This document shows positions 16,384 through 27,450 of a stretch of 64,000 nucleotides of DNA, piece by piece (the stretch's first letter is position 1; every line of letters starts with the position of its first letter). The notes under the pieces were generated by a model. The model ran no database searches and had not been told where the DNA came from. It was given only the letters and a program-made list of their open reading frames with translations. Source of the stretch: Escherichia coli (GTDB taxonomy: Bacteria; Pseudomonadota; Gammaproteobacteria; Enterobacterales; Enterobacteriaceae). The stretch lies in NCBI RefSeq assembly GCF_003334335.1, contig NZ_QOWQ01000020.1. The stretch is one strand, 5' to 3'. The translations under genes were made by a program, and so were the position numbers.

Positions 16384-17811
16384 CTAGCGCGACTGCTGAT
16401 TATATTCATCATCGCGTTGATAAGCTTCATCATTCGGCTGCTCCGGAACCGACCGAAGTCGATACTCTTCATCCTGGCTCACCGCCTGTTCAGCCAAATC
16501 CGGATTAATCTCGCGTTTAATTTCTACTCCTAAACCGCGAAACGCTTCTGCCTGCGCCAGCACATTTCCGCGCCCTGAAGAGAGTTTTTTCATTGCCTGC
16601 CGATAATTATCCTGCGCTTTGTCGAGACTTTGACCAATCGCGGACATGTCATCGATGAACAAACGCATCTTGTCGTACAGCTTGCTGGCACGATCGGCGA
16701 TTTGCTGGGCGTTGCGGCTTTGATGCTCATAACGCCACAGGTTGGCGATAGTGCGCAGCGCCACCAGCAGCGTAGTCGGGCTAACCAGCATGATGTTGTT
16801 TTTCAACGCTTCGGTGATCAGCTCCGGCTGGCGGTCAAGCGCCAGTAAAAAAGCGGGTTCAACGGGAATAAACATCAGCACGTAATCCAGAGTTCGCAGC
16901 CCCGACAGCTGTTGATAATCTTTGCGTCCCAGCAAACGGATATGGTTACGCACCGACGCGATATGTTCCTGTAGCGCGCTTTCGCGGGTGTAGTCGTCTT
17001 CGGCGTTAAAATAGCGTTCATAGGCGACCAGCGTCATTTTGGCGTCGATCACCACATCTTTTCCCTGCGGCAGGCGCACGATGACATCCGGCTGCATCCG
17101 CGAGCGGGCGTCATTTTCGATGCTGACCTGGGTTTCATATTCATACCCTTCACGCAGACCGGAAGCCTCCAGCACCCGCGTCAATACTACCTCGCCCCAG
17201 TTGCCCTGGGTTTTATTGTCGCCTTTCAGCGCGCGCGTCAGGTTGATCGCTTCCTGGGCCATTTGCGCGTTGAGTTGCTGGAGATTGCGAATTTCGTGGG
17301 TCAGGGTATGGCGTTCTTGTGCTTCTTTACCGAAGCTGTCCTGAACCTGACGGCGGAAACCGTCCAGTTGTTCACGTAGCGGCGACAACAGGCTGTTCAG
17401 ACTCTGACGGTTTTGCTCATCAACCCGGCGATTGCTGTGCTCAAAAATACGGTTGGCGAGGTTTTCAAACTGCTCACTGAGGCGCTGCTCGCTGTTAATC
17501 ATCTGGCGAATTTTATCGTCAGCATGTTGCTGTGCGGCTTCCATCCGCGTGGTTACTTCACGCAGATCGGCCTCCAGAGAGGTGTTAATACTTTGCAGGC
17601 TGCGCACTTCGTTATTGAGTAACTCGCACTCTGCACGCCAGTGCTCGCTTTGGGTAATTTGTTGTTTTGCCGCGCTTAACTCCGCGACCATCTCTTCACG
17701 TTCAGCTAATTGCTCGGCTTTTTGCTGCGCATGTTGATAACTGGCAAACAGCCAGCCAATTGCCACACCCACCAACGCAATAACTGCGTAAACCATGATT
17801 GAGAAATCCAC
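16384..17811 (-). CDS. rmuC: DNA recombination protein RmuC
   Basis: 475-aa ORF with N-terminal TM and long coiled-coil region, recognised as RmuC. Confidence 0.88.
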   Translation of the reverse strand: MDFSIMVYAVIALVGVAIGWLFASYQHAQQKAEQLAEREEMVAELSAAKQQITQSEHWRAECELLNNEVRSLQSINTSLEADLREVTTRMEAAQQHADDKIRQMINSEQRLSEQFENLANRIFEHSNRRVDEQNRQSLNSLLSPLREQLDGFRRQVQDSFGKEAQERHTLTHEIRNLQQLNAQMAQEAINLTRALKGDNKTQGNWGEVVLTRVLEASGLREGYEYETQVSIENDARSRMQPDVIVRLPQGKDVVIDAKMTLVAYERYFNAEDDYTRESALQEHIASVRNHIRLLGRKDYQQLSGLRTLDYVLMFIPVEPAFLLALDRQPELITEALKNNIMLVSPTTLLVALRTIANLWRYEHQSRNAQQIADRASKLYDKMRLFIDDMSAIGQSLDKAQDNYRQAMKKLSSGRGNVLAQAEAFRGLGVEIKREINPDLAEQAVSQDEEYRLRSVPEQPNDEAYQRDDEYNQQSR

Positions 17812-17902
17812 AACGCCTCCTGACGCAACAACTTACCCGCACAAAATAGAATTGTGCTGTACAAACGTCCAGTTGGAAAGGCATTTCCTGCGAGGCGCTA
17901 CG

Positions 17903-17934
17903 CAAAAATACAAAAGGCCGAACGCGTCGGCCTT
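17903..17934 (-). terminator. intrinsic terminator downstream of udp
   Basis: 8-bp stem AAGGCCGA/TCGGCCTT with a 5-nt loop followed by a T-run on the minus strand. Confidence 0.6.
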
Positions 17935-17951
17935 CAGACAGGAGAAGAGAA

Positions 17952-18713
17952 TTACAGCAGACGACGCGCCGCTTCCACCACGATTTTCACCGCATGGCTT
18001 TCGGTTTGTTTCATCGTCTCAGCATTCGGGATCTCTTGCTGGGTGCGGTTAACGATAACACCCGCTACCATACCGGCACGCAGGCCCTGACTTGCACACA
18101 TGGTCAGCAGGGTTGCAGATTCCATTTCATAGTTCATTACGCCCATCGCCTGCCACTCTTCCATAGAACCTTTAAAGTGACGAACTACGCGACCAGAGTA
18201 AGTATCGTAACGTTCCTGACCTGGGTAGAAGGTATCAGAAGAAGCTGTCACGCCAACGTGAGTTGTCGCGCCAATGGATTTCGCAGCTTCAACCAGCGCA
18301 GTCGTACATTCGAAATCAGCGACAGCCGGGAATTCCAGCGGTGCGAAGTGCAGGCTCGCGCCATCCAGACGGACAGACGCCGTGGTAACCAGGACATCAC
18401 CCACATTAATATGCGGCTGAATAGCGCCCGTTGTACCGATACGCAGGAAGGTGCGAATGCCCAGCTGTGCCAGCTCTTCAACAGCAATAGAGGTAGACGG
18501 GCCGCCGATACCGGTAGAGCAGACGATAACAGGTTTACCATCCAGCTCTGCACGCCAGGTAGTGAATTCGCGGTGAGATGCCAGCTTAACCGGCTTATCC
18601 ATCAGCGCGGCGATCTTTTCCACACGATCCGGGTCGCCAGGGACGATGGCAAGCGTAGCCCCTTGTAAATCGTTTTTAGTGAGGCCGAGATGAAAAACAT
18701 CAGACTTGGACAT
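17952..18713 (-). CDS. udp: uridine phosphorylase
   Basis: 253 aa from [19 protein letters not shown]. Confidence 0.9.
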   Translation of the reverse strand: MSKSDVFHLGLTKNDLQGATLAIVPGDPDRVEKIAALMDKPVKLASHREFTTWRAELDGKPVIVCSTGIGGPSTSIAVEELAQLGIRTFLRIGTTGAIQPHINVGDVLVTTASVRLDGASLHFAPLEFPAVADFECTTALVEAAKSIGATTHVGVTASSDTFYPGQERYDTYSGRVVRHFKGSMEEWQAMGVMNYEMESATLLTMCASQGLRAGMVAGVIVNRTQQEIPNAETMKQTESHAVKIVVEAARRLL

Positions 18714-18784
18714 ATACAACTCCTCTGTGAATCGGTTTAGTCAGAAGAAGCAAAAAGACACTTTACCGAAGGGTTTAACATTTT

Positions 18785-18858
18785 TTCGTGATACTCATCA
18801 CCATGACGCAAATGCGTTGCATAAATTTACCCACCAAAAGTGATGCAAATCACATAAA
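18785..18858 (-). promoter_or_regulatory. udp promoter region with two CRP-like sites about 52 bp apart
   Basis: GTGA-N6-TCAC (about 18788-18803) and GTGA-N6-TCACA (about 18838-18855) upstream of udp; the spacing matches the CRP/CytR-type promoter architecture; coordinates approximate. Confidence 0.5.
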
Positions 18859-18974
18859 TCACCCTTCATTCTGCAGGACTGCATAAAAGATGAGCCGATT
18901 CAGGCAATGTGATTTGTTGCATGCTGACTATAGTTAACATTGCGCAACATTTTTATAAGGGTACGGAGAATACC

Positions 18975-19790
18975 ATGGCAACAACACAACAATCTGGATT
19001 TGTACCTGCTGCATCGCCTCTCGCTTCGACCATCGTTCAGACCCCGGACGACGCGATTGTGGCGGGCTTCACCTCTATCCCTTCACAAGGGGATAACATG
19101 CCTGCTTACCATGCCAGACCAAAGCAAAGCGATGGCCCACTGCCAGTGGTCATTGTAGTGCAGGAAATTTTTGGCGTGCATGAACATATCCGCGACATTT
19201 GTCGCCGTCTGGCGCTGGAGGGGTATCTGGCTATCGCACCTGAACTTTACTTCCGCGAAGGCGATCCGAATGATTTTGCCGATATCCCCACGTTGCTTAG
19301 CGGTCTGGTAGCAAAAGTGCCTGACTCGCAGGTGCTGGCCGATCTCGATCATGTCGCCAGTTGGGCTTCCCGCAACGGCGGCGATGTTCATCGTTTAATG
19401 ATCACCGGATTCTGCTGGGGTGGACGTATCACCTGGCTGTATGCCGCGCATAATCCACAGCTAAAAGCCGCAGTGGCGTGGTACGGCAAACTGACGGGCG
19501 ACAAGTCGCTGAATTCACCGAAACAACCTGTTGATATCGCAACCGATCTTAACGCGCCGATTCTCGGCTTATATGGTGGTCAGGATAACAGCATTCCGCA
19601 GGAGAGCGTTGAAACCATGCGCCAGGCGCTGCGGGCTGCTAATGCGAAAGCAGAGATTATCGTGTACCCGGACGCCGGGCATGCATTCAACGCTGATTAT
19701 CGCCCGAGCTATCATGCCGCATCTGCAGAAGATGGCTGGCAGCGTATGCTGGAATGGTTTAAGCAGTATGGTGGGAAGAAGTCGCTGTAA
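18975..19790 (+). CDS. ysgA: dienelactone hydrolase family protein
   Basis: 271 aa from [11 protein letters not shown]; GGAG RBS; track ORF extends upstream from a GTG. Confidence 0.8.
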   Translation: MATTQQSGFVPAASPLASTIVQTPDDAIVAGFTSIPSQGDNMPAYHARPKQSDGPLPVVIVVQEIFGVHEHIRDICRRLALEGYLAIAPELYFREGDPNDFADIPTLLSGLVAKVPDSQVLADLDHVASWASRNGGDVHRLMITGFCWGGRITWLYAAHNPQLKAAVAWYGKLTGDKSLNSPKQPVDIATDLNAPILGLYGGQDNSIPQESVETMRQALRAANAKAEIIVYPDAGHAFNADYRPSYHAASAEDGWQRMLEWFKQYGGKKSL

Positions 19791-19794
19791 TGAG

Positions 19795-19830
19795 AAAAGA
19801 CCGGGTGGTATTACCACCCGGTTTGGATTT
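19795..19830. terminator. bidirectional intrinsic terminator between convergent ysgA and metE
   Basis: Hairpin CCGGGTGG-TATTA-CCACCCGG flanked by an A-rich tract upstream and a T-rich tract downstream. Confidence 0.6.
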
Positions 19831-22091
19831 TACCCCCGACGCAAGTTCTGCGCCGCCTGCACCATGTTCGCCAGTGCCGCGCGGGTTTCTGGCCAGCCGC
19901 GCGTTTTCAGGCCACAGTCCGGGTTGACCCACAGGCGCTCTGCCGGAATGCGTTTTGCCGCTTTCTTCAGCAAGGCTTCAATCCATTCCACGCTCGGTAC
20001 GTTTGGCGAGTGAATGTCATAGACGCCAGGACCGATTTCATTTGGATAATCAAACTCTTCAAACGACTCCAGCAACTCCATGTCGGAACGCGAGGTTTCG
20101 ATGGTGATGACGTCTGCGTCCAGCGCCGCAATCGAATCCATGATGTCGTTGAACTCGCAATAACACATGTGAGTGTGGATTTGTGTGTCATCTTTCGCCA
20201 CGGCGGCGTTGATACGGAAGGCCTCTACGCCCCACTGGAGATACGCATCCCAGTCGCTACGACGCAGCGGTAAACCTTCGCGCAGCGCCGGTTCGTCAAT
20301 CTGGATGATGCCAATTCCAGCGGCTTCCAGATCGGCCACTTCATCACGCAGCGCCAGCGCAATCTGTTTGGCGATGGTTTCACGGCTGACATCTTCACGC
20401 GGGAACGACCAGCAGAGTATGGTCACCGGCCCCGTCAGCATCCCTTTCACCGGTTTGTCGGTCAGCGATTGCGCATACTTCGCCCACTCCACGGTAATCG
20501 GTGCCGGGCGGCTAATGTCACCAATGACAATCGGTGGCTTCACGCAGCGGGAACCGTAGCTCTGTACCCAACCGTTTTGCGTAAAGACAAATCCGTCGAG
20601 GTGCTCGCCAAAGTATTCCACCATGTCATTACGCTCGGCCTCGCCATGTACCAGCACATCCAGTCCCAAACGTTCCTGCTCAACAATGGCCTGCTTGATA
20701 TGTTCCGCAATGCCCGTGCGGTAGTTGTTGGCGTCGAGATTGCCCTTTTTGAAATCCAGACGCAGGGTACGAATTTCCGTGGTTTGCGGGAAGGAACCAA
20801 TCGTGGTGGTCGGCCACGCTGGCAGTTTAAAACGCGCACGCTGGGCTTCAGCACGCACTTCATAGACATTCGCACGCTGGCTGTCCTGGGCGGTGATCGC
20901 CGCCAGACGCTTTTCTACCGCCGGATTATGTACGCGGGTAGAGTGACGACGTGCCTGAATCGGGGCGCTCCACTCTGCCAGAGCTGCCGTGTCACCACTG
21001 TTCAGCGCATCGCGCAGCAGTGCCAGTTCATGGCATTTTTGTAGGGCGAAGGCAAACCAGCTTTTCACTTCTGCATCAAGACGCGTTTCCACGCTCAGGT
21101 CGATGGGGCTGTGCAGCAACGAGCAGGAAGATGCCACCCACAAATCACGTTTGCCGACAATGTCCTTAATTTGCGCATATTTCTCGGTAAGATCGGCGCG
21201 CCAGACGTTACGACCATTGATCAGACCCGCAGACAGCAACCAGTCAGAAGGCAGGCGCTTGTGCAGTTCAGCAACGTCATCTTTACCATGTACGAGGTCA
21301 ACATGCAGACCCTGAACAGGCAGCGCAGTAATCGTGTCGAGATTTGGCGTTACGCCTTCAAAATAGGTGGTCAGCAGCAGTTTCACCTGTCCCTGGAGCG
21401 CGTCGTAAGCGGGTTTGTATGCGTCCAGCCACGCCTGTGGTAGTTCCAGTACCAGCGCGGGTTCATCAATCTGTACCCACTCGATGCCGCGTTTCGCCAG
21501 TTCTGCCAGCACTTGCTGATAAACCGGCAGAATGTCGTTCAGCAGGCTCAGGCGGTCAAATTGTTCACCTTTCACTTTCCCCAGCCACAGCCAGGTAACC
21601 GGCCCCAGCAGCACAGGTTTCACCTTGTGGCCCAGCGCCAGCGCCTCGTCCACTTCGTCCAGCAGCTGCGTCCAGGTCAGTTTGAACTGTTGGCCTTTAA
21701 CGAACTCCGGCACCATGTAGTGATAGTTGGTGTTAAACCATTTGGTCATTTCCGCTGCCGCCGCAGGTTCGCCAGTCGGCGCACGTCCACGACCAATACG
21801 GAACAGGGTGTCGATATCTACCGAACCATCTTTGTTCTGATGACGCGCCGGAACGTTACCCAGCAGCAGACTGGTGGTCAGTACATGATCGTACCAGGCA
21901 AAATCGCCCACCGGCAGCAGGTCGATACCCGCTTGCTTTTGTTGATCCCAGTGACGAGCACGCAATTCACGCCCTACCGCCAGCAGTTCTTCACGCGTGG
22001 AGTTCCCCGCCCAATAACTTTCTTGCGCTTTTTTCAGCTCGCGACGCAGGCCAACGCGAGGGAAACCGAGGGTGTGATTCAATATTGTCAT
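19830..22091 (-). CDS. metE: cobalamin-independent methionine synthase
   Basis: 753-aa ORF, N-terminus [29 protein letters not shown]. Confidence 0.93.
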
Positions 22092-22327
22092 TTTTTCTTC
22101 CTCTAATTATATGTAAATCCTATGGATTTTGAATTTAGGGAAGGCGGCAAGTTTATTCATCCCCGGGAGCTTACTGAAGTAAGTGACCGGGGTGGAGAAA
22201 CGCAGCCAACGCACCATAAATTTAAAAGACGAAGGATTTTAGCCGTCCAGATGTTTACACATCCATAATTGGCGGTTACTGTATATTCCTCAAGCGCAAA
22301 TTATTCATGCCGAAGTGAAGGACTTTC
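22092..22327. promoter_or_regulatory. metE-metR divergent promoter/operator region
   Basis: 236-bp divergent intergenic region; contains a near-consensus MetR-type site (TGAATAAACTTGC on the complement, about 22149-22161) and met-box-like octamers (AGATGTTT ACACATCC, about 22249-22264); motif calls are tentative. Confidence 0.5.
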
Positions 22328-23281
22328 ATGATCGAAGTAAAACACCTGAAAACGCTACAAGCGTTGCGGAACTGCGGCTCGCTCGCAGCCGCTGCGGCGA
22401 CGTTGCATCAGACGCAATCCGCCCTGTCTCACCAGTTTAGCGATCTGGAACAACGCCTTGGCTTCCGGCTATTTGTGCGTAAGAGCCAGCCGCTACGCTT
22501 TACACCGCAGGGAGAAATCCTGTTGCAACTGGCAAACCAGGTACTGCCGCAAATTAGCCAGGCCCTGCAAGCCTGCAATGAACCGCAGCAGACGCGTCTG
22601 CGCATTGCCATTGAGTGCCATAGCTGTATTCAGTGGCTGACACCCGCGTTAGAAAATTTCCATAAGAACTGGCCGCAGGTAGAGATGGATTTTAAATCGG
22701 GCGTGACATTTGACCCGCAGCCCGCCTTGCAACAGGGAGAGCTGGATCTGGTAATGACGTCCGATATTCTGCCGCGCAGTGGCCTGCATTATTCGCCGAT
22801 GTTCGACTATGAAGTGCGTCTGGTGTTAGCACCTGACCATCCACTGGCGGCGAAAACGCGAATTACACCGGAAGATCTCGCCAGCGAGACGCTATTAATT
22901 TATCCGGTGCAGCGTAGTCGACTGGATGTCTGGCGGCATTTTCTTCAGCCGGCAGGCGTCAGCCCGTCACTGAAAAGCGTCGATAACACCTTATTGTTGA
23001 TTCAGATGGTTGCCGCGCGGATGGGTATTGCCGCGCTACCGCATTGGGTAGTAGAGAGTTTTGAGCGCCAGGGTCTGGTGGTGACCAAAACCCTGGGCGA
23101 AGGCTTGTGGAGCCGACTGTACGCCGCCGTGCGCGATGGCGAGCAGCGTCAGCCAGTTACGGAAGCGTTTATTCGCTCAGCGCGCAATCACGCCTGCGAT
23201 CATCTGCCGTTTGTGAAGAGCGCGGAGCGACCCACTTACGATGCACCCACAGTGAGGCCAGGATCACCAGCGCGCCTGTAA
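22328..23281 (+). CDS. metR: LysR-family transcriptional activator MetR
   Basis: 317-aa ORF with N-terminal HTH ([36 protein letters not shown]). Confidence 0.92.
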
Positions 23282-24068
23282 TAAACGTTGGCCAGTGCGG
23301 CTGTTGGTGCCAGATAGCCAGGTTTACCAGCAGCCCTGCCGGAACGTGCATATTATTCATAATGCCCAGCGTTCCGGCGTCCACCTGCGTCGCGCCGTAG
23401 TTCCACATAAAGTAGCCAATCCCGGAAGCCACCACGCCAAGAAACACCAGAATGCCCCATTGCAGCGTGGTTTGCGGCATTTTCTGCGCATTTCCCAGCA
23501 AGAACCATGCAATCACTGCCACCAGAAACGCGCCAAGATAGAACCACGCAAAGGCGTTATGCTGTGGCATCGGGCGAGTTTCCATCAGGCGTTTGTAACC
23601 CACCATGCCAATGGCAAAAGTGATATTGGAGAGTTGCACCAGCAGCAAGCCAGTCCAGAAATGGTCGGTGACCTGATCATAGCGAATAATCCCGGCACCA
23701 ATCACCGCCAGCAAGGCGCTAAAGGCATAGCCCCAGCGCAGACGGCGCTTACTCATGATGTCATAAATCAGCGTGATGTAGAGCGGCGTCAGCACGGTGA
23801 ACAGCAGCAGCTCGGAAACCGTCAGGTAGAGATAAGCGCGGAAACTCAGCATATACATCACGCCAAGCTGCATCGCGCCCACCAGCATATACAGGCCGAC
23901 CGTTTTCAGGCTATTGCCACGGGTACGCAGAAACGGCAGAAAAACGAGTGCCGCCAGGCCAACGCGCACCAGCACCGCAAAATAGCTATCGACGTGCCCC
24001 GCAAGGTACTCGCCATAAAAGCTAAAGGAGAAGGCCCACAGAATCGTGGTGATGATAAGTAGCGCCAC
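23169..24068 (-). CDS. yigM: EamA/DMT-family inner membrane transporter YigM (biotin transporter BioP)
   Basis: 299-aa ten-TM ORF; its 3' end overlaps the metR 3' end by 113 nt on the opposite strand. Confidence 0.8.
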
Positions 24069-24143
24069 AATGGAAAACTCTTTGATTAACGGGTATCCAT
24101 TGTAGCGAAGTATCAGGTTGACAACTGACCAAATAAAGAACGA

Positions 24144-24944
24144 TTACGATAAATAGAGTTTACGCAGATAATGCGGCACCGCGTCGTCGGCATTAGTACC
24201 AATCACTTCCAGCTCGGGATGAAGGTCTTTCAGACGCTGGTGCGCACTGCCCATAATGCAGCCTTTCCCCGCCATCGACAGCATTTCGGCGTCGTTCATC
24301 CCGTCACCAAACGCAATACAATCCTTCAGGCTGTAGCCCAGTTTCTTCGCCACCGCTTCCAGCGCATGGCCTTTTGAAACGCCGCCCGCCATCACTTCCA
24401 GACAGGTTAAGGTAGAGAAACTGACGTTGACGCGATCGCCCCAACGAGCGTTAATCGCCAGCTCCAGCGGCAGCAGTTGTTCATGGGAATCGCAGGTGAA
24501 GAACACTTTGCTGACGCCTTCCGGCTCCAGTAATCCAGGCTCATACAGCGCATATTGGAACACCGCTTCTTTAAAAAAGCGCATCTCTTCCGGGCGATGG
24601 CGATTCATAAACCATTCGTCGTCGCGATAAACGTTAGTAATGATGTCCGGATTGTCGTTGACTACGCCAAACAGATCGCTGGCAATGTCGCGATCCAGGT
24701 TATGAGCAAAAATCAGATTACCATCCAGATCGTGAACGCGCGCACCATTGGAGGTAATCATGTAAGACTTAATCTCCAGATTATCGCGAATTTGCCCCAC
24801 ATCAACGTGGTGACGACCGGTCGCAAACACAAAGTTGATGCCGCGCGCGGTGAGCAGCTTCAGAGTTTCTTTGGCGTAAGGGGATAACGTATGGTCGGGA
24901 GAAAGTAACGTGCCATCTAAATCAGACGCAACAACCTGGTACAT
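24144..24944 (-). CDS. yigL: HAD-family sugar/pyridoxal phosphatase YigL
   Basis: 266 aa from MYQVVASDLDGTLL (HAD motif I DxDGT); track ORF carries a 42-codon extension. Confidence 0.85.
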   Translation of the reverse strand: MYQVVASDLDGTLLSPDHTLSPYAKETLKLLTARGINFVFATGRHHVDVGQIRDNLEIKSYMITSNGARVHDLDGNLIFAHNLDRDIASDLFGVVNDNPDIITNVYRDDEWFMNRHRPEEMRFFKEAVFQYALYEPGLLEPEGVSKVFFTCDSHEQLLPLELAINARWGDRVNVSFSTLTCLEVMAGGVSKGHALEAVAKKLGYSLKDCIAFGDGMNDAEMLSMAGKGCIMGSAHQRLKDLHPELEVIGTNADDAVPHYLRKLYLS

Positions 24945-24951
24945 AAGAAAT

Positions 24952-25974
24952 TTAAACCTCTGTAGAGCGGTTTCCGCTGGGTGAGTTATGCCTGTTGAAA
25001 AAATCAACGATGGCGTGGAGCGCGACTGAGCGCATTGCGTCCTTTTCAAAAAGGATCTCATGGTAAGCACCTTTAATTACCAACGGCCGTCCTCCTTCGA
25101 CAGGATGGCCCGCGGCGGTGCGGAGTTCACAAAAACGGTCATGCATGCGGTTATCCACCACGCGTTCCTCTTCAGCCTGCAAGAGAAGCGTTGGCGTGGC
25201 GTCATCACCCGCACCGGCTAACACCTGTTCGCCAGCCAGAATACTTTCGCGTACCCAATGGTAGGTCGGCCCACCGACGCGAATCGTTGGGTCATCAGCA
25301 TAGAAGCGTAAGTTACGTCGATATCGCTGTCTGCTGTGGGTCAGTACGTTGATAGCAAACGGCAACGCGCGCCAGCGCCCGGTGCCTATTGCATAGCCAT
25401 CACGGAAACGTGGATGCGCTTCGGCCCAGTTGAGGATCTGCCGTGCCATAAATGACGGCATACGAATCACGATCCCAAACATTGGCGCAGTTAGCGCAAT
25501 GGCGTCACATACACCTGGATGGCGTTGCAGAAATAATGTGGAGATCGCACCGCCCATCGAATGTGCCAGTATATAGCGTTTACGCCACGGACCGGGCTGA
25601 ACCTCCTGCTGCCAGAATGCCGCCAGATCATCAACATAATCATTAAAGCGATTAACATGCCCGAGATGCGGATCGGCTAACAGGCGACCGGAACGTCCCT
25701 GCCCGCGATGGTCGATGATTAAGACATCAAACCCCAAATGGAACAGGTCATAGGCCAGTTCCGCATATTTTACGTAGCTCTCAATACGCCCCGGGCAGAT
25801 GACTACCACCCGGTCATGGTGCTGTGCGCGAAAACGGACAAAGCGCACCGGAATGTCATCCACACCAGTAAACTCTGCTTCATCACGCTGACGCCAGAAA
25901 TCAGTCAGCGGTCCCATGGTAAAAGCAGCAAACGCGTTTTCTCTTGTTTCCCAGTCTTTTTGCTGCTGAAACAT
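24952..25974 (-). CDS. pldB: lysophospholipase L2
   Basis: 340-aa alpha/beta hydrolase ORF (GHSMGG nucleophile elbow). Confidence 0.88.
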   Translation of the reverse strand: MFQQQKDWETRENAFAAFTMGPLTDFWRQRDEAEFTGVDDIPVRFVRFRAQHHDRVVVICPGRIESYVKYAELAYDLFHLGFDVLIIDHRGQGRSGRLLADPHLGHVNRFNDYVDDLAAFWQQEVQPGPWRKRYILAHSMGGAISTLFLQRHPGVCDAIALTAPMFGIVIRMPSFMARQILNWAEAHPRFRDGYAIGTGRWRALPFAINVLTHSRQRYRRNLRFYADDPTIRVGGPTYHWVRESILAGEQVLAGAGDDATPTLLLQAEEERVVDNRMHDRFCELRTAAGHPVEGGRPLVIKGAYHEILFEKDAMRSVALHAIVDFFNRHNSPSGNRSTEV

Positions 25975-26084
25975 CGGGTAATCTGCCTCTTAAACCACGT
26001 AAAATCGTTTTTTTTAGCGTGCCTGACACAACGCTGCGACAGTAGCGTATTGTGGCACAAAAATAGACACACCGGGAGTTCATC

Positions 26085-26705
26085 ATGACCTTAGAATGGT
26101 GGTTTGCCTACCTGCTGACATCGATCATTTTAAGCCTGTCGCCAGGCTCTGGTGCAATCAACACTATGACCACCTCGCTCAACCACGGTTATCGCGGCGC
26201 GGTGGCGTCTATTGCTGGGCTTCAGACCGGACTGGCGATTCATATTGTGCTGGTTGGCGTGGGGTTGGGGACGCTATTTTCCCGCTCAGTGATTGCGTTT
26301 GAAGTGTTGAAGTGGGCAGGCGCGGCTTACTTGATTTGGCTGGGAATCCAGCAGTGGCGCGCCGCTGGTGCAATTGACCTTAAATCGCTGGCCTCTACTC
26401 AATCGCGTCGACATTTGTTCCAGCGCGCAGTTTTTGTGAATCTCACCAATCCCAAAAGTATTGTGTTTCTGGCGGCGCTATTTCCGCAATTCATCATGCC
26501 GCAACAGCCGCAACTGATGCAGTATATCGTGCTCGGCGTCACCACTATTGTGGTCGATATTATTGTGATGATCGGTTACGCCACCCTTGCTCAACGGATT
26601 GCTCTATGGATTAAAGGACCAAAGCAGATGAAGGCGCTGAATAAGATTTTCGGCTCGTTGTTTATGCTGGTGGGAGCGCTGTTAGCATCGGCGAGGCATG
26701 CGTGA
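26085..26705 (+). CDS. rhtB: LysE-family homoserine/homoserine lactone exporter RhtB
   Basis: 206-aa membrane ORF. Confidence 0.9.
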
Positions 26706-26713
26706 AAAATAAT

Positions 26714-26743
26714 GTCGGATGCGGCGTAAACGCCTTATCCGAC
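26714..26743. repeat. single REP palindromic unit
   Basis: GTCGGATGCGGCGTAAACGCCTTATCCGAC between convergent rhtB and rhtC. Confidence 0.65.
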
Positions 26744-26766
26744 TTACTCTGAAGACGCGTCTGGCA

Positions 26767-27387
26767 TCACCGCGAAATAATCAAATGAATGCCAAATCCG
26801 GCAAATAACGCCCCGGCAAAACCATCAATCCACTTCGCCAGACGTTGATAACCACGGCGCATTTGCGGCAGGGCAAACAGGCTGGCAACGACGGTAAACC
26901 ACGCCAGCGTTTCGACAATGATCAGCGCAAAAATGCCCCAGCGCGCGGTAGTGCCAACGTTATCACCGACAAACAATGAGAACACCGAGCCAAAGTAGAT
27001 AATCGCTTTCGGATTAGCGAGATTGGTCAGTAAACCTTTCAGGAAACTGCGCCCACTTTTCGCCAGCTCGACCTGTGGCGCAGGTGCAGAAACCGCCTCT
27101 TTTTTCAGTGCACCACGTAGCATCTGGTAACCCATCCAGCAGAGATACAGGCCACCGCCCACCATAATCAGCGTATGCAGCCAGGCCATTTTTTCGATAA
27201 TCAAATGCAGGCCAAGCAGCGCAATCCCAGCCCAAACCATTACGCCGCAGGTAATGCCCAGCACGCCCATCATCGCTTCTTTACGGGAACGACTGACAGC
27301 GGTCTGAGAGACAAAAAAGAAATCGGGACCGGGGCTCATAAGCGCCACAATGTGCACCATGGCGACGGTGAGAAATAACATCAACAT
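26767..27387 (-). CDS. rhtC: LysE-family threonine exporter RhtC
   Basis: 206-aa membrane ORF. Confidence 0.9.
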   Translation of the reverse strand: MLMLFLTVAMVHIVALMSPGPDFFFVSQTAVSRSRKEAMMGVLGITCGVMVWAGIALLGLHLIIEKMAWLHTLIMVGGGLYLCWMGYQMLRGALKKEAVSAPAPQVELAKSGRSFLKGLLTNLANPKAIIYFGSVFSLFVGDNVGTTARWGIFALIIVETLAWFTVVASLFALPQMRRGYQRLAKWIDGFAGALFAGFGIHLIISR

Positions 27388-27450
27388 ACATTTGACTCGC
27401 GGGGGAAACGTTTACGGAGTCTTCATACTGGCACTTTTTTATGCTGCTGA

